Assembly: GCA_013239625.1 (NCBI GenBank)
Contig: MU053881.1
Coordinates: 5,043,957-5,107,956 of the forward strand
Source: Lama guanicoe
Taxonomy: Eukaryota
Direction: 5' to 3'
DNA: 64,000 nt
Shown here: piece by piece, positions 40,469-50,451 of the stretch
Layout: the number at the start of each line of letters is the position of its first letter
Numbering within the stretch: the first letter of the stretch is position 1
Program-made: the position numbers and the translations under genes
Notes under the pieces: model-generated
Databases searched by the model: none
The model's input: the letters and a program-made list of their open reading frames with translations, nothing else
Told to the model about the DNA's origin: nothing

Positions 40469-42080
40469 CGTATCAAAGGAAAGGTAACCACCCTACCTCC
40501 CTTACCAACAGCTTTACTGGTGAAGAACAGTCCCAGAATAGGGAAGCGGTGGGCTGAAGGTCATGCAGGGGTGACAGATGGGACCACGCTCCGCTCCCCA
40601 ACCTCCCCTCCGAGGACCCATTCCAGCACCTGGCTGCCCCGGTGTTCTCAGCCTGCTTCCTATGGGTTCTTCTGATTTACAGCAATCTTTTCAGTCTTGG
40701 CTTGTGCACTGGCATCATGTGAAGGCCTTTAAAAAACTTCTGATGCCCTAGGCCTCCATCTTCATATCCTGATTATTGGGTCTGGAGCACACCACCTGAG
40801 TGTGGGGAGTTTTAAAACCCCTCCAGCGATTCTGACAGCCAGAAATGAGGCTCACTGATGGAAAGGTAGTGGGTAAGCCTCACCCCAAGTGCCCTCCTCA
40901 CACCCTCTCTGATACCTGATGAAAACTGCCCAGCAGCAACTCCAAAATGAAATGTGAAAGGATTACCAGACGGGAAGCAGAACTCAGTGAGGCCATGGTT
41001 GGCTCAAGTCAGTCTCCAGATACTACGGCATTGAGGTCAGGAATCCAAACTGCCTCGAGAGGAGAGATTTTCCATCCCCTTCCACATCCAACGAACAGGT
41101 AAACACGTGCTCGACTCTAAAGCCCCGGCGGCCGGAGTGGGAAAACCCGGACCCTCCAGAGTGAGATGCTGTACGTTGTCCCGAGACCACAGTGGGGGTC
41201 TTTAAAGTCAATTTCAGAATCAGGTGTCAGACCACACTTTTAGTTTAAAAAAAAAAAGTTGATGACTTTAAGTTTCTTAATGAGTGCAGCTGGGAAAGGA
41301 TTAGAGATGAGAAAGCCACTGAGTCCAATCAGAGGCAGTTCAGCTCCCTCTGAACTTGGTGAATGAAGGCAAGAGCTTTAGAGACGAGCCTACAGGATAC
41401 AAGTGGGGCTCTGAGCAGCAGAGCAGCGCTCCGACCCCAGTGCCTCCTGCTGACCCACCACGGACCTCAACTCTGCTGCATGTCAACCGGCTCATCAGAA
41501 AAGTGGGATAATGGCAGTGTCTGCATTGCACGGTTGCTGGGAGTTAAATGAGTAAAGATCCTTACTCCAGTGTCAGGCACTAGTAAGTGCTCAATAAACG
41601 TAAATTACTGGCTGGATTTTCACCAAATTTTTCCTTTGCCGTCTAATCTTTATTTCCCCTATGCCTTGATTTTGAAGTCTATTTAGATTTTTAAAAACTT
41701 GTGAAGTATATGTTTCCCTCAGCTTCCCCAAATTCTTTCTGGAATGAGGCAGGGTAGAAACACGAGCACTCATGTCAGCTACTATCCGCTGAGTGCTGAC
41801 TGTGTGCTCAGAGCTCACCGTGGGGGCTGGGACTTATGGGATGCAGGGAGTGAGGGGGTCGCAAGGATTTGCAGGGGCCCCCTCAGGCAAGGCTGCGTGG
41901 GGAGCTAAGGAAATCAGAATTGATCAGAGCCATGGGCCCTGTGTGGAGGTTGCAATCAGGACGTGAAAAAATCATGTCAACTTTGGAAAGCAACCCTGGG
42001 ATTCTGGAGGAGACCTGGGGTCTCCTGGAGACGACTCGGAAAGGCTGAGAAGGGACGGAGGTGGAACCAAGGAGGTGCAG

Positions 42081-42261
42081 CAGGGATGGCGTCATGGGCG
42101 TGTGACCCGCGCAGTCCCACAGGGTCCCCTGCTCAGAGGGCTGCGTCCAGGCTTAGCTTAATACTCTGCTCTCATTGTCCTGACATTCTTAATACTTTTC
42201 CAACAAGAGGTTCTGCATTTTCATCTTGCTCTGGGCTCTAAAAATTATGCAGCCAGCCCTA
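42081..42261 (+). mobile_element. MER91A-like (hAT-Tip100) MITE
   Basis: Contains cagggatggcgtcatgggcgtgtgacc..gcagtcccacagggtccc..gctcagagggc...attcttaata...tgcattttcatcttgctctgggc..aaattatgcagccagccct. Confidence 0.8.
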
Positions 42262-43286
42262 CCCTGCAGGGACATCTCATCTGCCTCTACCTCTACCCTT
42301 CCAGGTGAGGCAGTCCAGGAGAGGCCAACCTCTCCTTAACATGAAGAAACTGAGGCTTGGAAAAGGTACGCCAACTGTCCCAGGGCCTGGATGGTCAGTG
42401 GCAGGGTGACAGCACACGCCAGGTCTTGGGGTTTCAACTCGGGGGCCACCATTGTTGGGGAAGTGGCCACCACTGAGTCCCTGAAAGCAGCACTCAGGCT
42501 CCCCTGGGCCTGGGCTGCAGGAACTGCCCTCCTCCAACCTACCCCAGGCTGAGCCAGAGGCAGCAGGCGCTCCTGGCCCCTGCCAGCCGGAACTGGGTCC
42601 AGGCAGAGCCAACGCCCACGGAACTGGGACACAAGGCCAGTTCCACCACTGCAAGGTCCAGCGATTAACAAAACAGCGCACCAGGAGCAAAGCAAACAAG
42701 AGTCAGCTTTGAAGGCCCAGGGTCCCTCCTCTGTACTCTGCCTCCTTCCCCACTACAATTTAGAGGAGAGCACATTTGAGGAAGGAAGTCGGGGGGGGGG
42801 GGTTTCCCCAGCAAAGGAAGATATGGCATATCAAATCACACCGTGCCTCTGGCTTCCTCAACAGACTCTGAGAGACATTTCCTGGGGGCGAGTGTGGCCC
42901 ACCACTCTTCTAGGCACTAGAGTCATAACAGTGAATGACATCAATAGACATCTTTGCCCTAGGAGGCCCTTATTTGAATGCAAGGAAGAAAGAGAGTAAG
43001 TATAATAATTAAGTGGGTTACACAGTGTTAGGAAATACGGGTGCTTTGATGAAATAACAGAAAAGGTGTAAAGAGCGCCCCAAATTTATTGGGTGCTTAC
43101 TCTGTGTCTGATGCTGTTACACACATTGACTCAGTTAATCCTCTCCACAATGGGCACTGCTCTCATCCCCACTTTAGACAACGCACACAGGAGGTAAGGC
43201 ACACAAAGTCCCACAGGCAGTCAGAAAACAAGGAGCACTGATTAGAAAGGACAAGAGGTTTCCTTTCCCCCTCTTCCTGATTTTGC

Positions 43287-43494
43287 TTTTTCTTTTTTAA
43301 ATTGAAACATAGTTGATTTACGACGTTGTGTTAGTTTCTGGTGTACAGCATAGTGATTCAGTCATACGTTCAGTTATATATTCTTTGGGGGATTAGCAGA
43401 TACACACTACTAGATATAAAATAAACCACAAGGACCTACTGCATAGCACAGGGAACTATATTCAGTATCTTGTAATAACCTATGATGGAAAAGA
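43287..43494 (-). mobile_element. Short L1 3' end with a 5' inversion
   Basis: A T tract and antisense L1 terminus (43287 to about 43384) are joined to a sense-oriented copy of the adjacent upstream 3' UTR segment (about 43385-43494). Confidence 0.85.
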
Positions 43495-46108
43495 TTTTGT
43501 TCTGTTTTAAGGGTGCAAAAGAAGCAGGAAGCCTGGTTTTCTCCCCGGCCTCTAACGGGGAGAGGGGGTCCGATCAGAGTAGGCCCCTCTCCATTCACCC
43601 ATAGTTTTTAAGAGATCTGACGGGGTTGTTGGACTCTCTGAGTCCACCCTTTCCTCCCAGAGCTAAGGCTTTGGAGCTGACAGTCCCCAGTTCAAATCCC
43701 AGCTCCACCAGCTCACCACAGCCTGGCCCCGGGCAAAGGAGCTTCCACCTGGCAGTCTCCCTTTCCTCTGATTTAAAATGAAGATTAAAACTCCTTCTCA
43801 CAGGGGACAAGGGAACAGACGTCAAGTCTGCGCCCCCACAAGGCTTGTACATTGGTGGACACCCCACACACTCTGGATCACCATACCCCCACTCCTGGGA
43901 CCCCAGGATGCCCTCCTCCCTTCTCCTCTTGAGGGCTGAAAGGGCAGAGCCACATGGCACCCAGCTCTGCACAGTGGGGTACATGGCAGAGGACTGAGCA
44001 CAGAGCAGACACTCAGTAAACGTCTGATGAATGAACATTGAAGCGGAGGAAGGTGTGTGGGACGGTGGGTGGACCCTTCCTTAGAACCTGAGCCCTGTGC
44101 TGTACAGATCTTAAGAAGTGCAGGTTACTAGGCTCATCCTCAAAGGTGCCAGTGTGAAGTGTTGAAATCCATTCTCACTGTTCAAGTGGTGGCATGGGCC
44201 TTCCAAGAAATTAATTAAAACATCTCATTAAGCTGAGGCCCCCAGGGAATCTGGACATGCTAAACCTCCAACTCAAGGGGCACAGGTCAGGAGCTGTTCA
44301 TGACCTGGGACCCGGGCCCACTCTTTAGTCTCGCTTCCCTGAGGTCCAGGACAAGACCCTTAACCCTCAGGCCTCAATTTCTTCCTCTTAAAATGGCAGG
44401 GGTTAGGTGCAGAGTGAATGAATTAAATGCACCAAAGCAATGTCTTCCCCAGCAAGGTCAAACTCACCAAAACCTACTGGATCACATGGAGATGGGACTG
44501 GGGGCAGGAATTATCAGTATGGGTAAAGGGAGGCTTTCTGGAACCAGGAACTGATGTGCCAGCTACAGCTCCGTCATGGTCCAGATGTTAACTGTCCACA
44601 TGAGGACTGCCCTTGAATTCCATCAGGGGGGCTCTCCTTGCTTTCAAACTACCCGGGGTCTTTAAGTGTGCATCTGAGACCCTGGTGCCAGCCCCAGGGC
44701 TGCATGGAAGGGGCTGTTGGTGGGATGACACTGGTGTCCAGGGCAGGCTGAGTACCACATCAGTCAGTGCGAGAGGTCCAAAGCCAATGTTCCCTCCAGG
44801 CCTAAGCCCCTAAACCCCAATGTGCCCACGTGCCATGGGGGGTCTCCGCCAGGCTTCTCTTCCCAGGAAGACTCTCACATTATCCTGACTTCATTCACAC
44901 CTGTAGAGAGGGAAGGAGCAGGCAGGCACCAGAATCCCCTATTTTGCGGATAAGGAAATGGCCTCACGGAGAGGCTGCTTGTCGACTAACGTCCCACTTT
45001 TGAGCGCTACACCCTACTGGACTCTGAGTTAAGCACTTCCCATGCACTCAGTCCATGCAGGTGGGACTTTATTTTTAGCCCCAATGTGCAGGTGGTGACA
45101 CAGAAATACTGAGAGGGCTCAGACATGTGCCTGAGTCATCTAGCCGAGCAGCTCAGGCAAGGTCTGAACCCAGAGCCTTCGCCCCTAACATCTGGACTAG
45201 AACGAGCTGCTCGTGAAGAGGGCAGAGCTAGGATTCTAACTCAGCTCCTTCGCCCTAAAGCCCTGCTGTTTTCCAGGCCGTACAGCCACAGTGTGGCTGC
45301 CTCAGGCCAGGGCATCCCCTAGGGCTCCGCACCTCAAGGGAAAGTCTGGTGGAGACCCCTTCTCAGGCAGGCTTCCAAAGGCGTAGCCCAGCACGACGTG
45401 GGCCAGGAGGAGGCTGGCCCCCACAAAGGGCCCATTGTGGTGACTGCAGAAAGCCAAGGCCAGGCCCGGGTGGGCCCCGCGGCCGAGCCCTGCCCACAGC
45501 TCCCTGGCCTCCTCCCCTCCCCCACAGAGCCCCCATACCCAGAGTACAGGACTAGGGCTGGCTGGGGGACAGGCCTCCTGTTCGGCCCAGCCGGGGGGAG
45601 CCCGAGGCTATGGAAACATGAAACCCTTCAGCTGCTGCCTGGCGGGATGGGGCTGCAGACCCCTGGGGACTTATCCAAGGTGCCCTGGGCGCACCTGTCA
45701 GCTGGGGTGGGGTCCACAAAACGAGGCTCTGTAGAGGGGACGAAGTGGATGGTTTGCTGGCTCCCATCTGCGGGAGGGAGGAAATCTGTATCCCAGGATG
45801 GGAGGAATGGGATGCGGGTTTGCGAGGTGTCCGGGGAGCCTGAGGAAGGGGCTGGGGCTCCGCGGAGGGAAGGGGTGGAGCGGCCGAAAGGTGGGTGGCC
45901 TCGCCTCCCGCTGCAGGAGGGAGACCTCCGCGGCTCCCGTTGGCTTTGTGTGCGGCAGGGGGCCCGCCTGGGGTCCCCGAGGGCCTGCAGACGCATGCAC
46001 AGCGCTGGGGGCCGCTGCTGCGTTCCAGGCGGGAGGGGTCCGCGGCGTGCCCGGGCATCCTCCGTGCTCGCGGAGGGGGCTCCCCGGTGGCGGGGTTGCC
46101 ACACTCAC

Positions 46109-46128
46109 CTCCTGAAGTCAAAGGGCAT
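46109..46128 (-). CDS. ERGIC1: ERGIC1 coding exon 1 (start codon; MPFDFR plus the first 2 nt of an Arg codon)
   Basis: Minus strand reads ggcggcacgATG CCC TTT GAC TTC AGG AG|gtgagt, with A at -3 and a canonical donor at 46108-46107. It lies in a CpG island. The peptide matches the known ERGIC1 N-terminus MPFDFRRFDIYRKVPKDLTQPT, and the phase-2 junction joins the exon at 12-73 in frame. Confidence 0.96.
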
Positions 46129-46430
46129 CGTGCCGCCGCCGTCGCCGAGGGTGGGATTGCTGGAGGTCAGGTGGGCCGCGGCGCCGCGTGGGTCCCAGCC
46201 GGCTGCCAACACCTCCTCCGGCCGCCCCNNNNNNNNNNNNNNNNNNNNNNNNNNNNNNNNNNNNNNNNNNNNNNNNNNNNNNNNNNNNNNNNNNNNNNNN
46301 NNNNNNNNNNGCTGCAGGCCAGGTGGGCCGCGGCGCCGCGTGGGTCCCAGCCGGCTGCCAACACCTCCTCCGGCCGCCCCGCCCCCGCCGGCCGCCCCCC
46401 GCCCCCCGCACTCGCCGCTCGCCTCCCGCC
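46129..46430 (-). other. ERGIC1: ERGIC1 5' UTR (approximate upstream limit; interrupted by an N gap)
   Basis: Very GC-rich sequence directly upstream of the ATG. The transcription start is inferred to lie just downstream of the ETS/CRE and CCAAT motifs and is not directly visible. Confidence 0.6.
46229..46310. other. Assembly gap (82 N)
   Basis: Run of Ns seen directly. The flanks 46159-46228 and 46311-46380 are near-identical. Confidence 0.99.
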
Positions 46431-48059
46431 GCCGGGAAGTGACGCTCCGCGAAGCCCATTGGGCGCCGCCTGCGGCCCCCGGCCGCCCCTTCCGCCGCCC
46501 CATTAAAGGGGCCCCGGTCCCCCGGGTCTGGGAGGAGAGGGCCGTGGGGGCGCGCGCTGGGTGTCAAGGCTCTCGGAGGGGCAGCCCCCGAAGACTCCCG
46601 CGTGCATTCCTTCTGAGCCCCCCACTGGATTTTTCCATCACGTTCTCTCCGTAGGCAAATCCCTCTGCCTCTCCAGCCTCCGTTATTTCGCATTTGTAAA
46701 ACAATTTCCTTGAGTTGTGAAGATTGAGTGGAATGGTCCAGATTCGGACTGTGCGCAGCTTCGAACTCCGAGTAAGGGCCTAATGCTGCCAGAGGAAGGA
46801 GGAGGTCAGGCAGGCCTAGGTTTGTAAAGTCGACCCAGCCCGTCCCTGCTGTGCTGTGCCTCTCTGGGAAAGACACTTGGCTTCTCTGAGCCCACACCCT
46901 TCAAGTCTGCACAAAGAGGCGGATAACACATATTAGAGGAGCTTTTTCCTGGGGATCAAATGAGAACGTTGGGAGACCGCTTAGCGGTACCAGGCACCTG
47001 GTAAGGGCTCAGTCACCCGAAGCTATTGTAGCTGGCCTGGGAGCTCTACTTCCATCTTCCATTTGTGGTTCATTCCAGCGGTGTTCCCTGAGTTCACTGA
47101 GCGGGGTGCCGAGTCACAGCTATGCAGGACAGCAGACCTCTCTGAGCCTCAGTTTCCTTCTGTGAAATTCACAGATAATCGGCATCTCCTTGGGGAGCTG
47201 CTGGATTAGAGAAGACGGTAGCTGTAACACAAGACCCACGTGGAGGAAACGCATTCTGAACTTCCCCTTCTGTGGCTGGCCCCCACCTCCAAGGTTGTGG
47301 TAGCTCGGAGCTTGAAAAATTCCAGGGGAAGAGAGGGGCGGGCGCTCATGTTAAAAAAGCAGGCAGTTTCCTCATGTCTAAATAGAGGGAGATGGTGGTA
47401 TCTGTTCCCCTGGGAGGATTCAGAATGCACAGTGTTAGTCCAGGTTTGGTGTAGAGTGGAGCCAGTGAACCAAACTCTTCTCTTGGACCCTACAGTCAGT
47501 GGCCTGTCCTTCCCTCTCACCTCCAGCATTCCCTCTTTCATTCATTTACTTGTTCATTCATTCAACAAGGAGCCTGGCACCCTTGGGAGAGAGAAGGAAA
47601 TCTCAGCCAGAACTGGAAACCCTGGGGGCAGCAAGAACGGTGAAGGGGCCTTGGGTAGCTAGCTACTGGATGAACTGTTTGTTGGCCTGGCCCTGTGCAG
47701 GAGGGAAGCCATGCAGTGGTGGGCACTTGACTGCGAGTCGTCCCTCTCAAAAGATGGCCCACAGCCTGGTGTGGTCCACGGGGCAGCTGTTTGGGCACCA
47801 TGGGGCAACTTCTCAGCCCTAGCCCAGACCTACTGAATGAAGTGTGCATTTCACATGATCTCCAAAAGATTCTTCAGCACATTTAGGTTTGAGAGGTGCT
47901 GCGATAAAGGATCTTACGTTGGGTGGCTGGAGGCTTTTGCATTTTCTGTTTCTTTTGTCTGGAGTGCTTCCTCTTGCTGCCTTCCACCCTGCTCTATGGA
48001 CAGAGAATGTGCATGCCCGCCAATAGCCATTCTCCCTTTCTTCATAACTGTTAACTCTG

Positions 48060-48275
48060 TTAACAGAGCCCATACTCTGGAGCCAAACTACGTGGGAATC
48101 ACATTCCAGCCTGTCTCCTTACTAACTTATTTTACTTCTGTACCTCAATGTCTTCATCTGTAAAATGGGGGCAATAATATTACCTTCCTCATAGATCTGT
48201 TGTGAGGGTGAAATGTGCTGATGAATTTAAAGGACTCAGGACAGTGCCTGGCACAGAGTAAATGCAAGACAGAGT
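48060..48275 (+). mobile_element. MIR SINE
   Basis: Contains ctggagccaaact...cttctgtacctcaatgtcttcatctgtaaaatgggggcaataata..tacc..ctcatag..tgttgtgagggtgaaatg...acagtgcctggcacagagtaa. Confidence 0.8.
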
Positions 48276-48299
48276 TGACTATGGATGCTATTTTTGCAT

Positions 48300-48705
48300 G
48301 AGGTTGGAGCTCCCAGTTTTTGGCTGGGCATATGGGTGCTCAGAATGAAAGCTGCACTTCCCAGCTTCCCTTGCAGCTAGGTGTGGCCATGTGACTAAGT
48401 TCTGGCCATTACGATGTAAGGGGAAGCATCTTGTGGCCACTTCAGGGATTGTTGGTGGATATTACCCACTGTGTCCCTTTCTCCATCTAGCTGCCCAGAA
48501 TGCAGATGCCACCATCCTGGACGGTGTGATGAAGGTCATATGGAGCAGAGCAACAAGACAGAAGGAGCCTGGGTTTCTGCCCACTGAATGGCACTGTACC
48601 TATCCTCAAATACTTGCCCAGACTTCTAAGCAAGAGAGAAATAAACATCTATCTTATTTAAGCTACTATTTTAGACACTTACATCTGAACTTAATGCTAA
48701 TGCAC
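48300..48705 (+). mobile_element. MLT1I/J-type MaLR LTR
   Basis: Contains ctgcacttcccagcttcccttgcagctaggtgtggccatgtgactaagttctggcca...gagcaacaagacagaaggagcctgggt...gagagaaataaac..tatttaagc. Confidence 0.8.
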
Positions 48706-49249
48706 CTGCCCAGCCTAGTTAATTTCTTGATTTGGTTCAAATACTGCATGCAGAATAGGCCAGGCCCCCCATTAAATGCTCATGTGGCACCCTGTAGGTT
48801 TTTGAGGGGAGAATTTGTCACAATTTGTAATGGGATTATTATTAGTCAGCTAGTGTCTATCTCCCCATGTTGACTGGAAGTTCTCCGTGGAAGATGGATA
48901 TCTGTTTGCTCACCACCATATCCTAGCACCCAGCCAGAACCTGTACGTGGTGGAGGTGCTATAAGTATGTGTTGAAGGCTGAATGGAGGCTTCCCAGAGA
49001 AGCAGGCCTTCCCACAGAACAGAGAAGATGGGGAGAGGGTGCATCAACAAGGGTCTTGGGGGTGACTCTTGAGGTTTTTAATGAGACCAAGCTGCCAGTT
49101 CCAAATGGTCCATCGGCCCAAAAGACGGTGTGAGACAGAGCTAAGGAAATCAGATGACATGCTACCATAAGCGGGAAAGCTGTGGATCTCTTTGACCCCG
49201 AGGAATGACTTACGAAGAGTTGAGTTTGGGGATTACTGCTCACACTGGA

Positions 49250-49745
49250 CACGCTAGTAGCCAGCCTCCAGTGACTGATGTTCCCATGCCCTGTGTAATC
49301 ACCTCTCACAATGAGAAGGGCCAACCTGGGGAACCAACAGGACACTGGGGAAATGACAGCATATGATGCTTAAGGCTGGGCAGTGAGGGCACCGAGGCGT
49401 CTGCTTGGGCTCTTCTGCATCACTTGTTCTGGAGGAAGTCACCTCCTCTGTCATCACAATATTCAAGCACGGTTACATGGGTCCATGTGGCAAAAAACTG
49501 AGGCCTCCCACCAACAGCCATGGGAGTGAGTCATCCTGGAAGTGGATCCTGAGCCTCAGTAAGTCTTCAAAGCTGCAGTCCCAGCCTATGGCTTAACTAT
49601 AGCCACGTGGGAGACCCAATCCAGAACCACTCAGCTAAACTGCTCCTGAATTCCTGACACTTGGAAACTGTGTGAGATACTAAATGTTACTTTTAAGCCA
49701 CTAGGTTGTGGGTAATCGATTATACAGTGTAGACAGTTAATACAG
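49250..49745 (+). mobile_element. MLT1F-type MaLR LTR
   Basis: Contains catgccctgtgtaatc..ctc...aactgaggcctcccaccaacagccatgggagtgagtcatcctggaagtggatcc...cagctaaactgctcctgaattcctgac...ttttaagccactag...ttaataca. Confidence 0.82.
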
Positions 49746-49927
49746 ACTCTTATTCCCATTTGTTGTTCTGCCAGCATCTCCTCCCTGCCTTCCTCCACCT
49801 CGCCCTGGACTGGCTTAGTGATAGAGTAAGCCACTGCAGTCAGATGACTCTCTTGCTGGGTGACGTGGATACACTGTTTAACCAGCAGGGTGTCTGAGTA
49901 TGAAATGAAGGGTAATAATGCCTTACC

Positions 49928-50451
49928 CGTGGCAGGCAGCCTCTGAAATTGCCATCCCAATTAATCCACTGCCTTGTATTCAAACCCTATGTAATCTCCT
50001 TCCTTAGAGTGTAGGCTGGACCTACTGACTCACTTTGAAGGACCAGAATATGGCAGACATGATGACGTGTTGTTCCTAAGACTAAGGTATAGAAAGGGTG
50101 TGGCTTCTGTCTTGGACACTCTCTCTGTCTCTGGGATAGATAGCTCTGGGAAAGCCAGCTGCCACGAGAAAAGGCAGCCCTATGAGAGGCCCATGTGAGA
50201 GAGCTCGCAGGCGAATCTTCTGGGGCCTCCCAGCAACCACGCGAATGAGCTTGGAAGCCAATCCCTCAGCTTCAGTTGAGCCTTGAGATGACTGCAGCCC
50301 TGCTGGACAACTTGACTGCAACCTTGTGGGAGACCTTAACCCAGAGGCATGTGGCTGAGCTGCGTCTGGATCCTGCGAGATGACAAATGTCTGCTGTTTT
50401 AAGCCACCAAGTTTGGGCTGATTTGCTATGCAGCAACAGATAACAAATACG
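49928..50451 (+). mobile_element. MLT1E/F-type MaLR LTR inserted in a MIR
   Basis: Contains gtggcaggcagcctctg...gtaggctggacctactgactcact...agaatatggcag...cttcagttgagccttgagatgactgcagccc...ttttaagccaccaagtttggg...gcagcaacagataacaaatac. MIR pieces flank both sides. Confidence 0.82.

Larger units (their letters stand above)
74..46108 (-). other. ERGIC1: ERGIC1 intron 1 (46,035 nt, GT-AG, phase 2)
   Basis: Bounded by the exon 1 donor (gtgagt) and the exon 2 acceptor (ctgcag). The reading frame is continuous across the junction (AG|G = Arg). I recognised no other coding exon inside it. Confidence 0.9.
45760..46620. promoter_or_regulatory. ERGIC1: CpG island and TATA-less ERGIC1 promoter
   Basis: CpG and GC density rise sharply against the flanks. 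It contains several GC boxes (CCGCCC), an ETS plus half-CRE composite GGAAGTGACG at 46435-46444, and a minus-strand CCAAT box (ATTGG at 46458-46462). Confidence 0.88.

Noticed and set aside
46440..46470. ERSE or UPRE in the ERGIC1 promoter
   Set aside because: CCAAT is present, but the sequence 9 nt away is GGAGC rather than CCACG, and TGACGCT is not the UPRE TGACGTGG.
45398..46654. 418-aa plus-strand ORF and other long ORFs overlapping the CpG island
   Set aside because: They are antisense or off-frame to ERGIC1, low-complexity (Pro/Gly/Arg/Ala), and several read through 82 Ns and the duplicated segment. Long stop-free frames are expected in very GC-rich DNA.
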